From an uncultured cyanobacterium (GTDB lineage: Bacteria > Cyanobacteriota > Cyanobacteriia > Cyanobacteriales > Nostocaceae): a stretch of 64,000 nt of DNA. The translations under genes were made by a program, and so were the position numbers. The number at the start of each line of letters is the position of its first letter. The stretch's first letter is position 1. Positions 43,435 to 53,850 of the stretch are shown here, one piece after another. The notes beneath the pieces are model-generated. The model was not told the origin of the DNA. It was given only the letters and a program-made list of their open reading frames with translations, and made no database searches. The stretch lies in contig CAVUDP010000004.1 in the NCBI GenBank assembly GCA_963740315.1, positions 928,001 through 992,000 on the forward strand, read 5' to 3'.

Positions 43435-44820
43435 CTAAAAATTGGTAACTGCTAATTGTTCCACAGCATCTGCTTGGGTGGGTAAAGCTGCGGTTAAAAC
43501 TTCGGTGCCGTTATCGGTAACTAAAACGTCATCTTCGATGCGGATTCCTCGGACATCGCTAAATTGAGATAAACGTTCCCAGTTGACGTATTTGCCAAAT
43601 TTTTCGCGGTTTTGTAAGTTATTTACGATCGCCGGGACTTGATAAAAACCGGGTTCAATTGTTACCAACATTCCAGGACGTAAAGGTCGATTTAAACGTA
43701 AATAACCCAAACCAAAACGATCGCTTCTTTCCCTTCCTGGTTCGTATCCTGCTAAGTCTCCCAAATCTTCCATATCATGCACGTCTAAACCGAGTAAATG
43801 ACCGATTCCGTGGGGGAAAAACAAGGCATGAGCATCTACATCTACTAATTCTTCGGGATTCCCTTGCAAAATGCCTAAATCTACTAAACCTTCGGCGATC
43901 GTTCTGCAAGCACAAAGATGAATATCTTCGTATTCGACACCGGGACTTATTTTGTCAATACAGGCATCATGTGCGGCTAAAACTACATCATAAATATCTC
44001 TTTGGGTAGATGAAAATTTACCGCTGACAGCCCAAGTTCTAGTTACATCAGCAGCCCAACCCGTGCGAGTTTCTGCACCAACATCGGCAAGCAGTAAATC
44101 GTTTGGTTGCAGGGAATTTTCGTAACTTTGGTTGTGCAATACTTCCCCGCGCACGGTGACGATACTGTTATAGGAAGTAGTCATATTGTGGGCGATGATA
44201 ACCGCTTCCATCGCCGCTCTTACTTGTGCCTCTGTTTTAGCTGTGGATGTCGCCGCCATACCGGCAAGATGCGCTTCTACAGTAACGGCGATCGCGCAGG
44301 CTATTTCACTCAAAGCCGCTTCATCGTGGGTAAGGCGCAATTCTACAATGGCTTTGGCTAATTCTAGGTCGATATTTTCTGGCGATCGCTGCGGTAAAAT
44401 CCATCTATCTAACAATTGTGACTGTTGCGTCCATGAAGCTGCATCCTGTACGGGAATTGTCGCCACACCTTGCAAATGCGATTCTAATGCCATTGGGTAA
44501 GCTTCCGTTGCACCAATTTGTGCGGCAATATCATCGCGGGTTGCCGTTTCTCCATGCCAAAGGGCGCTACTTGGTGCGGGATTATCCATGAATAGTTGCA
44601 GTTTACCTGCTTCTAAGCGAATCGCCGCGTTTTGCAAAGGTAATCCGGCAAAGTAGAGAAAATGACTGCTAGGACGATGCGGAAAGATATTTGCGCTAAA
44701 ATTACGAGGGCTAGGACTTCCAGACCATAAAATTGCCGGAAAGTCAATTAATTTGGCTAATTTTTCCCTTCTTTGACGCAAAATTTCTGCTAAGGAATTG
44801 GAAGTAGAAGTTGTTGTCAT
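43435..44820 (-). CDS. pepP: Xaa-Pro aminopeptidase (M24B)
   Basis: ADVTRT, HGIGHLLGLDVHD, TIEPG, GIRIEDD. Confidence 0.93.
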   Translation of the reverse strand: MTTTSTSNSLAEILRQRREKLAKLIDFPAILWSGSPSPRNFSANIFPHRPSSHFLYFAGLPLQNAAIRLEAGKLQLFMDNPAPSSALWHGETATRDDIAAQIGATEAYPMALESHLQGVATIPVQDAASWTQQSQLLDRWILPQRSPENIDLELAKAIVELRLTHDEAALSEIACAIAVTVEAHLAGMAATSTAKTEAQVRAAMEAVIIAHNMTTSYNSIVTVRGEVLHNQSYENSLQPNDLLLADVGAETRTGWAADVTRTWAVSGKFSSTQRDIYDVVLAAHDACIDKISPGVEYEDIHLCACRTIAEGLVDLGILQGNPEELVDVDAHALFFPHGIGHLLGLDVHDMEDLGDLAGYEPGRERSDRFGLGYLRLNRPLRPGMLVTIEPGFYQVPAIVNNLQNREKFGKYVNWERLSQFSDVRGIRIEDDVLVTDNGTEVLTAALPTQADAVEQLAVTNF

Positions 44821-44927
44821 GGTTTAATAATTTGGGATTCAAAATAACGTTACAGTGGGTAGGGAAGGTAGAATTTTTAACTTATAACTTCTAACTTTTA
44901 ATTTCTAACTAATAATTAATAACTGAT

Positions 44928-45356
44928 ATGTCTTTGAGAACTAAAATTAGTGGTGTTAAAGAGAGTAACTGGTTAATTGAGGAATTGCCGGGATTGAGTC
45001 AAGATGAAATTGATAATTTGAAGAATTGCGGCGTTACAAGTACTTTAGCTTTGATCGAGCAAGGAAAAAATTTAGAAGAAAAGTTGATATTGGCAAAGAA
45101 ATTACAAGTTAACGTCCAGTTTGTCAATAAATGCATTGCCTTAGCAGATTTGGCTCGGATTCCCGGTGTGGGAATCCAACATTGTGGATTGTTGCTGCAT
45201 GCTGGTGTTGCTTCGGTGATGCAGTTGCTGACTACTCCCGCTCATCGACTGCACAGGCAAATTTTACGTTTGCAAGTAGCAACCTTACAGCGACGCGATT
45301 TATGTCCCCCAGTCGAGCAAGTGCAACAATGGATTCAGGAAGCTAAAAACTTGTGA
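44928..45356 (+). CDS. DUF4332 protein
   Basis: LADLARIPGVG...LLLHAGV HhH-like motif. Confidence 0.85.
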   Translation: MSLRTKISGVKESNWLIEELPGLSQDEIDNLKNCGVTSTLALIEQGKNLEEKLILAKKLQVNVQFVNKCIALADLARIPGVGIQHCGLLLHAGVASVMQLLTTPAHRLHRQILRLQVATLQRRDLCPPVEQVQQWIQEAKNL

Positions 45357-45370
45357 GTTAGAACCACCGG

Positions 45371-45420
45371 AGTTATGAGTTATGAGTTATGAGTTATGAG
45401 TTATGAGTTATGAGTTATGA
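45371..45420. repeat. Heptamer tandem repeat (AGTTATG)7
   Basis: Perfect tandem copies. Confidence 0.9.
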
Positions 45421-45510
45421 AACTTGCATATTGAATATCGATCGGTTAGGTTTTAATTCCAAACTTTTAATTCCTAATTCTTAATTCCTTAACTCCTCAC
45501 TCCTTACTTT

Positions 45511-46122
45511 TTACTCTTTTTCCAATACCCCATTCAGAAATATGTCAGCTAATCCTTCTGCCATTTTCTGTTTTTCTTGGGGGGAAGCGTCGGGTTCCAT
45601 AAGAGTTTCGTGGGAAAAACCTGCGACGGCGAACATTCCCAAAAATACCTGAGCGACGAGTTTCGCATCTGTCTTACGATAGATTCCTTTGTCCATTGCC
45701 GATTGAAAAAAAGCTTCGGCAACATGAGTCATTTTGTCGATGACTTCTTTTTGAATGCGATCGCGCAATTCGGGATGAAATTGGGCTTCCATAAAACAAA
45801 CTTTCATGATGTCGGCGTTTTTTTGTAAATTCCACATCCGACGGCGCATGACTTGGGCTACGGCTTTGTAGCTACCCATTTCGCTTAATTCGGTGAGTAA
45901 ATCTGTAAGAATATCTACCCATCCGGCGGTTGCAACTTCAATTAAGATTGCTTTTTTATTAGAAAAATGACGGAATAGGGTTCCTTCAGCAATGCCAGCT
46001 TTTTGCGCTAAGTCGCGGGTGGTAGTACCGTCAAACCCTTGAGCCGCAAACAATTTTTGTGCTGCTTGCAAAATGCGATCGCGTGTTTGTGTTTCTGGGG
46101 GAGGAGATTTAAAAGCCCGCAT
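45511..46122 (-). CDS. TetR/AcrR family transcriptional regulator
   Basis: GFDGTTTRDLA..AGIAEGTLFRHF.NK. Confidence 0.93.
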   Translation of the reverse strand: MRAFKSPPPETQTRDRILQAAQKLFAAQGFDGTTTRDLAQKAGIAEGTLFRHFSNKKAILIEVATAGWVDILTDLLTELSEMGSYKAVAQVMRRRMWNLQKNADIMKVCFMEAQFHPELRDRIQKEVIDKMTHVAEAFFQSAMDKGIYRKTDAKLVAQVFLGMFAVAGFSHETLMEPDASPQEKQKMAEGLADIFLNGVLEKE

Positions 46123-46477
46123 AATATTGGTTATAGTAGTGAGTTGTCTGGAACTGCATCTGTAGGATTATTGTCTAACGTTAAGTACAATTTGCACTAA
46201 ATCCTTAATACAAGATTAATGCCTTAAGGGTTGATTTCTTTTTTTGTGGCTCTAAGTGGCTGTGAATTTACTCAGACGGGAAGACAATTCGTAGTTAAAT
46301 ATATCGTTTATAGTTTATCAAACGAGATGATTCTGAATGCATTCGAGAAAATGCAATAAAACTCTCAGACTTTTACAAAGCGCGGCAAATGCTATACTGC
46401 ACGCTTTGTAAGAGCTACAATATTCAATTCTCGAAGATTACCCCCAACCGCTAATGAAAGCAAATAAAAGGTGAATT

Positions 46478-48031
46478 ATGGGAAATTTCTCACGTCGGCT
46501 AGTCGCACTACTTTTAGCATTAGTTTTCTGTTGGGAGTTTTTACCAGGAGTCGCATTTGCTCAAACTCCAACCCCAACATCTAATCAAACTTCGATTCAA
46601 CCTTATTTAGATCGGGTTGTTGAAAATTTAACCGAGTTTAAGTTAGACAATGGCATGAAGTTCATTGTTTTACGACGACCTCAAGCACCTGTTGTTTCTT
46701 TTGTTACTTATGCTGATGTCGGTGGCGTGGATGAACCCGATGGAAAGACTGGTGTTGCACATTTTCTGGAGCATTTAGCTTTTAAAGGTACGGATAAAAT
46801 TGGTACCGTAAATTACGCACGTGAAAAAAGGTTGCTCAATAGTATAGATAAAGTGGCAGCCCAAATTCAGCAAGCACAAGCATCTGGACAAAAAGATAAA
46901 GTTGCTCAATTACAAGCCAGGTTGCAAAAATTAGAGGAAGAAGCTCGTAAAACTGTTAAGCAAAATGAGTTCGGTAGAATTGTCGAACAAGCTGGAGGTG
47001 TAGGTTTAAATGCCACTACTTCTACAGAAGCTACTAAATATTTTTACAGTTTTCCTGCGAATAAGTTAGAACTGTGGATGTCTTTGGAGTCGGAACGTTT
47101 TCTCAATCCCGTGTTGCGACGCGAGTTTTATAAGGAAAAAGATGTAATTTTAGAAGAAAGACGGATGCGGGTAGATAATTCCCCCATCGGACAAATGATT
47201 GAAAAGTTCAACGATACTGCTTTTCAAAAACATCCCTACAAACGCCCGGTAATTGGTTACGACAAAGATATTCGCAATTTGACAACCCAAGACGTGCAGC
47301 AGTTTTTTGAAAAATACTACGTACCGAGTAATCTTACAGTTGCTGTCGTCGGAGATGTCAAACCAGCTGAAGTTAAGAAAATGGCGGAAGTTTACTTTGG
47401 GCGTTATGAAGCTAAACCCAAACCAGAGCAGCAACTTCCAGTAGAGCCAAAACAAACTCAAGAACAAGAATTTACTTTAAATTTACCTTCTCAACCTTGG
47501 TATTTAGAAGGTTATCACCGTCCGAGCCTTAACGATCCAGATAATGCAGTTTATGACATTATTGCTAGTTTACTCAGTGATGGACGTACTTCGCGGCTAT
47601 ATAAGTCTTTGGTAGAAAAGCAGCAATTAGCACTCGCGGCACAAGGTTTTAGTGGTTTTCCCGGAGATAAATATCCGAACTTAATGCTGTTCTACGCTTT
47701 AACTGCACCGGGACATACTGTTGAAGAGGTAGCAGCAGCGTTACGAGAACAAATTGAAGCTTTAAAAACACAGGCAGTATCTGCCGAAGAATTGGAACGA
47801 GTCAAAACTAATGCCCGTGCGGGATTATTGCGTTCCCTCGATTCTAATATGGGTATGGCGCAGCAGCTATTAGAATATGAAGTCAAAACGGGTTCTTGGA
47901 AGAATTTATTTGCACAGTTACAAAAAATTGAAGCTGTAAACGCTGAAGATGTCATGCGCGTTGCTAAAGAAACTTTCACGGCTGAAAATCGCACCGTTGG
48001 TAAGTTGTTGCCGAAGAAACCAGCTAGTTAG
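46478..48031 (+). CDS. M16 family zinc peptidase, catalytic subunit
   Basis: HFLEH inverted zincin motif; signal peptide. Confidence 0.93.
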   Translation: MGNFSRRLVALLLALVFCWEFLPGVAFAQTPTPTSNQTSIQPYLDRVVENLTEFKLDNGMKFIVLRRPQAPVVSFVTYADVGGVDEPDGKTGVAHFLEHLAFKGTDKIGTVNYAREKRLLNSIDKVAAQIQQAQASGQKDKVAQLQARLQKLEEEARKTVKQNEFGRIVEQAGGVGLNATTSTEATKYFYSFPANKLELWMSLESERFLNPVLRREFYKEKDVILEERRMRVDNSPIGQMIEKFNDTAFQKHPYKRPVIGYDKDIRNLTTQDVQQFFEKYYVPSNLTVAVVGDVKPAEVKKMAEVYFGRYEAKPKPEQQLPVEPKQTQEQEFTLNLPSQPWYLEGYHRPSLNDPDNAVYDIIASLLSDGRTSRLYKSLVEKQQLALAAQGFSGFPGDKYPNLMLFYALTAPGHTVEEVAAALREQIEALKTQAVSAEELERVKTNARAGLLRSLDSNMGMAQQLLEYEVKTGSWKNLFAQLQKIEAVNAEDVMRVAKETFTAENRTVGKLLPKKPAS

Positions 48032-48290
48032 AGAGGGGATGGGGGAGAGGGGGAGATGGGGAGATGGGGAGAGGGGGAGAGGGGGAGAGGGGGTAGAGGG
48101 GGTAGAGAGTGTAGTTAAATAGCGAGCGAGACGCTCGCACTCCTAATTCCTAATTCCTAATTCCCAATTCCCAATTTCTAATTCAATACTCAATACTCAA
48201 TACTCAATACTCAATACTCAATACTCAATACTCCCTACTCAATACTCCCTACTCCCTACTCCCTACTCCTAACTATTTCTCAATGCCCAA
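48032..48290. repeat. Mixed STRR tract (GGGGAGA, AATTCCT, AATACTC, CTACTCC)
   Basis: Successive heptamer/nonamer arrays between the M16 genes. Confidence 0.88.
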
Positions 48291-48322
48291 TTACTTTATT
48301 CTGTGAAAGAGAGAAAGACGGG

Positions 48323-49843
48323 ATGATTAAAAGAAAAAGGTACAACAAAAAAGTGAAAAGATTGGTTTACTCGTTACTGGTTTGTCTTACTTTTGCACTG
48401 GTAAGTTTTGACTTTTCTGGTGCAATGGCACAGCAAGTAACGCCGCAGGATGAATATATTCCAAAGCATTATACTGACTTGGAATTCAAGCCGGTAGGTG
48501 AAATCAAGTTACCTAAATACGAACGGTATCAACTTGAAAACGGTGCGATCGTTTATTTGATGGAGAATCACGAACTGCCGTTGGTAAGTGGTACGGCTTT
48601 AATTCATACTGGTTCTCGTTTTGAACCGGCTTCGGAAGTTGGTTTGGCTGAGTTAACGGGTGGAGTGATGCGTACTGGGGGAACTGTGCAGCATCCCCCT
48701 AATGTACTCAATCAAATGTTGGAACAACGAGCGGCTTCGGTGGAAACTGGTATTGGTGATACTTCTGGTAGTGCGTCTTTTGGAGCGCTCAGCGAAGATT
48801 TGGATACGGTTTTTGGGCTGTTTGCTGAAGTGTTACAACAACCAGCGTTTGCTGAAGATCAGTTGGAGTTGGCAAAAACCCAGATGAAGGGTGGTATTGC
48901 ACGTCGTAATGATAGCCCAGATGCGATCGCGCAACGGGAATTTAAAAAGCTGATTTACGGTGAAAATAGCCCTTATGCTCGCATTGCCGAATATTCATCG
49001 CTTAATAATATAAACCGCGAGGATTTGGTAAAGTTTTATCAGCAGTATTATTATCCCAACAATATGATTTTGGGTATTGAAGGGGATTTTGATTCTGCAA
49101 AAATGAAAGCTTTGATTCAGCAAACATTTGGTAAGTGGAAAGCTAATCCTAATTTCAAGAAACCCGAATTGCCAGAGGTTTCCCAAGCCAAAACGGGTGG
49201 AGTCTTCTTTGTCAATCAGCCACAATTAACCCAAAGTAACGTACTTATCGGACATATCGGTGGTAAACTTGCTAGCCCCGACTATCCCGAATTAGATGTT
49301 ATGAATGGGGTACTCAATGGATTTGGCGGCAGATTGTTTAATGAAGTGCGATCGCGTCAAGGTTTAGCATATTCAGTATACGGTTATTGGAGTCCTCGCT
49401 ACGATTATCCGGGAATATTTATCTCTGGCGGACAAACCCGTAGTGATGCTACCGTACAGTTTGTTAAAGCTGTTGAGGAAGAAATCAAGAAAATTCAAAC
49501 TCAACTCGTAACGCCTCAAGAGTTGGCGTTTGCTAAAGAGTCTACTTTGAATTCTTTTGTATTCAATTTCCAAGATCCCGCTCAAACTTTATCGCGTTTG
49601 ATGCGCTACGAATATTACGGTTATCCCAAAGATTTTCTGTTTACCTATCAAAAACAAGTAGAAAACACTACAGTAGAAGATGTACAGCGAGTTGCTAAAG
49701 AACATCTGAAGCTAGATAAATTAGTTTTTCTGGTAGTAGGAAATCAAACTGCGATTAATCCCCCGCTAACAACTCTGGCATCGCAAATCACGCCTATAGA
49801 TATTACCATTCCAGCTACGCCAAAACCACAAGCAAGTAATTAA
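48323..49843 (+). CDS. M16 family peptidase, non-catalytic partner
   Basis: HXXEH absent (GLAELT); RLFNEVRSRQGLAY. Confidence 0.9.
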   Translation: MIKRKRYNKKVKRLVYSLLVCLTFALVSFDFSGAMAQQVTPQDEYIPKHYTDLEFKPVGEIKLPKYERYQLENGAIVYLMENHELPLVSGTALIHTGSRFEPASEVGLAELTGGVMRTGGTVQHPPNVLNQMLEQRAASVETGIGDTSGSASFGALSEDLDTVFGLFAEVLQQPAFAEDQLELAKTQMKGGIARRNDSPDAIAQREFKKLIYGENSPYARIAEYSSLNNINREDLVKFYQQYYYPNNMILGIEGDFDSAKMKALIQQTFGKWKANPNFKKPELPEVSQAKTGGVFFVNQPQLTQSNVLIGHIGGKLASPDYPELDVMNGVLNGFGGRLFNEVRSRQGLAYSVYGYWSPRYDYPGIFISGGQTRSDATVQFVKAVEEEIKKIQTQLVTPQELAFAKESTLNSFVFNFQDPAQTLSRLMRYEYYGYPKDFLFTYQKQVENTTVEDVQRVAKEHLKLDKLVFLVVGNQTAINPPLTTLASQITPIDITIPATPKPQASN

Positions 49844-49860
49844 TGGTTTTTTGAATATCA

Positions 49861-49894
49861 AAAGCCCGGTTTATTTAGTAAGCCGGGTTTTTTT
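49861..49894 (+). terminator. Intrinsic terminator-like hairpin
   Basis: AAAGCCCGGTTTA...TAAGCCGGGTTTTTTT. Confidence 0.65.
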
Positions 49895-50008
49895 GTTAGA
49901 AGGTTGAGAAGTCGGGTTTTTAGGATACGTATCTGTAATACACTTACAAATTTTATAAAAACCCGACTTCTGAGCATTGATTTTCTTTTAAATGGTTGCT
50001 AAAAAAAA

Positions 50009-50100
50009 GGTTCGTAGTAAGAGTTTTAATTTTATCTCAGGATTTGTTACCTCGCCCTAAATCCGGAGGCGCTAAAGCGCTTACTACGAACCTTTTTACC
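50009..50100. repeat. REPIN-like unit, reverse copy of the 43170 element
   Basis: GGTTCGTAGTAAG...GCGCTAAAGCGCTTACTACGAACC with shared GATTTGTTACC spacer. Confidence 0.8.
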
Positions 50101-50124
50101 TTTCAAAATTTTTGAAAAAGATTA

Positions 50125-51309
50125 CTAGCGATCGACGGAACCCATTACTACATCAATACTTCCTAAAATCACAAATATATCCGCGACTTTTACACCTTTG
50201 ATTAATTGCGGTAATACTTGTAAATTATTAAAATCTGCGGGACGAATTTTCCAACGCCAAGGAAAAACGTTGTCGTCACCAATTAAATAAATTCCTAATT
50301 CTCCTCTACCGGATTCAATTCTGAGGTAATGCTCGCCTTTGGGAATTTTAAATGTAGGTGCAACTTTTTTGGCAATATATTGATAATCAAAATCGTTCCA
50401 CTCTGACTTTTTACCTGCTGCCATACGTTTTGCTTCTAAGTTTTCGTAAGCACCACCGGGTAAACCTGCAATCGCTTGTTTAATAATACTTACAGATTCG
50501 CGCATCTCTCCGACTCTTACCACATAACGTGCCAAACAATCGCCGCTTTTATCCCACTTTATTTCCCAATCAAAATCGTCATAACATTCGTAACGATCGA
50601 CCTTACGTAAATCCCACTTTACCCCAGAAGCCCGCAACATTGGACCGGAAATACCCCAATTAATAGCCTCTTCGCGAGTCAAAGTTCCTATTCCCTCAAC
50701 TCGACGACGAAATATAGGATTGTTGGTAATTAATCTTTCGTATTCATCTATCTTAGGTAAGAAATAATCGCAAAACTCCTGACATTTACTTATCCAACCA
50801 TAAGGAAGATCGGCAGCAACACCGCCAATACGAAAATAGTTATTGTTCACCATGCGGTATCCCGTGGCAGCTTCAAACAAATCGAGAATGAATTCGCGAT
50901 CGCGCAGGGTGTAGAAAAACGGAGTTTGTGCGCCCATATCCATGATATATGGTCCCAACCACAGTAAATGATTGACGATTCGCGCTAATTCCAGCATCAG
51001 TACTCGGATATAGCTGGCGCGTTTGGGGATTTGCACGTCGGCTAATTTTTCTACAGCGTTAACAGTTACCGCTTCGTTGAACATTCCACCGTAGTAATCC
51101 CAACGGCTGACATAGGGAACGTACATAATATTAGTGCGGTTTTCGGCGATTTTTTCCATTCCCCGATGCAGATATCCCAAAACGGGTTCGCAATCGATTA
51201 CGTCTTCCCCATCAAGTGTGACAATAATTCGGAAACAGCCATGCATAGAAGGATGTTGGGGACCGAAATTAATCGTCATCGGTTCGGTTTTGGTTTCAAT
51301 TCTACTCAT
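50125..51309 (-). CDS. ndhH: NDH-1 subunit H (NuoD/49 kDa), atypical variant
   Basis: [35 protein letters not shown]; 394 aa. Confidence 0.95.
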   Translation of the reverse strand: MSRIETKTEPMTINFGPQHPSMHGCFRIIVTLDGEDVIDCEPVLGYLHRGMEKIAENRTNIMYVPYVSRWDYYGGMFNEAVTVNAVEKLADVQIPKRASYIRVLMLELARIVNHLLWLGPYIMDMGAQTPFFYTLRDREFILDLFEAATGYRMVNNNYFRIGGVAADLPYGWISKCQEFCDYFLPKIDEYERLITNNPIFRRRVEGIGTLTREEAINWGISGPMLRASGVKWDLRKVDRYECYDDFDWEIKWDKSGDCLARYVVRVGEMRESVSIIKQAIAGLPGGAYENLEAKRMAAGKKSEWNDFDYQYIAKKVAPTFKIPKGEHYLRIESGRGELGIYLIGDDNVFPWRWKIRPADFNNLQVLPQLIKGVKVADIFVILGSIDVVMGSVDR

Positions 51310-51361
51310 TAGGAAATACCATTAACTGCTACTTCCTAATATGGCGATACCTTTTCTTGTT

Positions 51362-51414
51362 GTCTTGCAGATTCGTCCGATTTTTTGTACGTTTTTGGGA
51401 TGTTTACCGATTTT
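51362..51414 (-). promoter_or_regulatory. Candidate AraC-family tandem binding repeat upstream of ndhH
   Basis: Minus strand AAAATCGG...AAAACGTACAA-AAAATCGGACG-AATCTGCAAGAC; imperfect repeats 20 bp apart. Confidence 0.45.
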
Positions 51415-51419
51415 GATTT

Positions 51420-52742
51420 TTATGAGGAAATTACTTTCAAGAAAACTCGCGGATGATAAAGTGCTAAAGGCGATTTGAGTAGATGACTAATTTCGATAAA
51501 TAAAGTATATAAATCCTCATCTTGATTAATGCTTTGGATAATTCGCTGATTGTACCAACCTAGAAACTTAGAAATTAAATTCGGATTGCTTCTACCTGAT
51601 GTTGTAAGAAATCGCGAGTCGCTTGCGGTAGCTACCATCCAATGATAATTATTACTTTTCGCCAAACGTTTTTGAAAAAGATTCGGTATTAATTTATCTT
51701 CTTCGAGCCATCCTTTAAGTACCATTGCGGATAAGGCACTAACCGTCATTCCCTGACCGTAAACCGGACATAAAGCACAAACGGCATCACCTAACGTTAC
51801 AAACCCCTTTGGTAAGTCAATTTGCTCGTAATGACGCTGACGGTTTGATGTGGCGCGATGAGCGTAAATCGGAGATACGGGTTCTGCGTTTTTAATAGTC
51901 TCGTAAAACTTGTCACTAGGTAAACTGCTGGCGAATTCGAGAAAACCTCGATCGTCGAGCGGTGGAAAATCGCCTCCATAACCCCCCAAAGTAGCAATCA
52001 ATTCTTCACCTTCAATTGATGCTAAATATCCCAAACGCTTACCCTGTGGAGGTTCCTGAGAAATCAGCATTACCTTCCAATCTTGGTTAAAACCCGATGG
52101 TTTTTTATATCTTCTGGTAGCGTATCCCAAATAAGGATTGATTACCGTTTCCGGTGGAGCTTTAAATCCCAAATCTTCCAACCACTGGGGTGCATTGGAA
52201 CGACGACCGCCAGCATCTACAACCAAAGATGCTGTAAACTCTTCATAACCATCATCAGCATCTTTAGCTAAGGGCTTCATTCGCAATCCCGTAATTTGAC
52301 TGCGATTTGAGTCTGTGAGAAATCCGATGACGCGGTGTTGTTCGAGAAACTGCACGCTTGAAAATTTTTGCAGCCTTTGACGAATTACCCATTCCAACAA
52401 AGGACGGGAACAGGTAAATGAAATAATATCGGAAGGTTTGGTAGGGTTGAGACTCCATTTTCCCTGAATGTAAACATGAAATTCCCTTGCCCAATCAATA
52501 GAAAGCGCACCAGCAGTACTCAAATCGGTACCAATACCGGGAAAAAGTTCCTCTAAAATTCGGTATCCCTTGGTAAATAAAACATGAGGCTGCACCGATT
52601 GCGGTACCCCTTTACGTTTATCCGGTTCTAAAGGTAGTCGATCGGATTCTATAATTGTTACCGATTCAAAGCTTTCGGCAAGCACGCGAGCTGCTAGCAA
52701 TCCCGCAATACTACCGCCGATAACTACAGCTTTATCTTTCAT
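51420..52742 (-). CDS. FAD-dependent oxidoreductase/monooxygenase (UbiH-like, LasC-type epoxidase family)
   Basis: VIGGSIAGL, VDAGGR, LGDA..P.YGQGMT. Confidence 0.88.
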   Translation of the reverse strand: MKDKAVVIGGSIAGLLAARVLAESFESVTIIESDRLPLEPDKRKGVPQSVQPHVLFTKGYRILEELFPGIGTDLSTAGALSIDWAREFHVYIQGKWSLNPTKPSDIISFTCSRPLLEWVIRQRLQKFSSVQFLEQHRVIGFLTDSNRSQITGLRMKPLAKDADDGYEEFTASLVVDAGGRRSNAPQWLEDLGFKAPPETVINPYLGYATRRYKKPSGFNQDWKVMLISQEPPQGKRLGYLASIEGEELIATLGGYGGDFPPLDDRGFLEFASSLPSDKFYETIKNAEPVSPIYAHRATSNRQRHYEQIDLPKGFVTLGDAVCALCPVYGQGMTVSALSAMVLKGWLEEDKLIPNLFQKRLAKSNNYHWMVATASDSRFLTTSGRSNPNLISKFLGWYNQRIIQSINQDEDLYTLFIEISHLLKSPLALYHPRVFLKVISS

Positions 52743-52754
52743 ATAGCAATTTAA

Positions 52755-53648
52755 TTATTTACAAATTTTCCCAGGAGTTATACCAATCAACTTTTTAAAA
52801 TGTCGATTTAAATGACTTTGATTTGCAAAACCAACCATCAGGGCAACTTGGGCAATAGTATACTTCCCCGTCAATAATAATTCTTTTGCACAATTTACGC
52901 GAGTTAGAATTACATATTGATGGGGTGTCATTTTCATTGACTGCTTAAATAAATAACAAAAATAATGCGGACTCATATGCAGCAAACTTGCTAATTCATT
53001 TAAACCTAAATCTTTATCTAAATTATTTCTGATAAATTCAATAACTTGATTTAACTGACGTTTTGATAAACCATTTGTATACTCTTTTATTTTCGGTTTT
53101 CGCGCCGAATAATATTGTAATAAATGCACGCACAAAGCATTTACCATTGTCTCCGCATACAAACGGCTTCCGGTTGGATTATGTGCCAAAGCATTTTTGA
53201 TTGCAAGTCCAATTTGTAAAACTAAAGGATCTGGTGTGGCGAAATGTGGTATTAATTGAACTTGTTCTGGTTCTCCCGATTCGTTAATAGCACGTGCAAA
53301 AGTTTTTGTTTCAATACCTAAGATAATAAAATCACCTTCTTTATCCCAAGCACACTTTTGACCGATATTTGCAGGCTGAATTACTATATCTCCACCAACT
53401 ACTGAGTCGCGATGAAAACGTCCATCCAGTTTTCTATCTCCGTGAATAACATAGTCACCGTGAGTAAAAATAGTAATAGTGTGTCCGAGGGTAGTACAAA
53501 CTTCAGGAGTCTGGGATGCAGGCACAGACATATATCTGAAGAATACTCCATCCCACCCGGTATTTTGACTGGTGAGAATTGGCGATCGCTCAAAAAGTTG
53601 GGTTATTTCATCTTCTTTATTCAGAATCAAAGGTTTATCTTCTGACAT
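52755..53648 (-). CDS. AraC family transcriptional regulator
   Basis: C-terminal double HTH (MSPHYF..LFKQ; VGFANQSHLNRHFK..GITPG). Confidence 0.94.
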   Translation of the reverse strand: MSEDKPLILNKEDEITQLFERSPILTSQNTGWDGVFFRYMSVPASQTPEVCTTLGHTITIFTHGDYVIHGDRKLDGRFHRDSVVGGDIVIQPANIGQKCAWDKEGDFIILGIETKTFARAINESGEPEQVQLIPHFATPDPLVLQIGLAIKNALAHNPTGSRLYAETMVNALCVHLLQYYSARKPKIKEYTNGLSKRQLNQVIEFIRNNLDKDLGLNELASLLHMSPHYFCYLFKQSMKMTPHQYVILTRVNCAKELLLTGKYTIAQVALMVGFANQSHLNRHFKKLIGITPGKICK

Positions 53649-53850
53649 AATTGAAACGAAATTCTACAACTGTAATCTATCAGAAATTCAATGATTTTGA
53701 CCGAACCTGCTTCTAACGAACACTCCTGTTGTTGTAAAGCAGAGGGGAAAGGAGTGAAGTTTTTAATAAATAAATTTGCGTCGGCAGCATGATGTAAATT
53801 ACCATACAATTTAGCTAAAATTTTATTAATCCAGTTGTAGAAAAATACCA

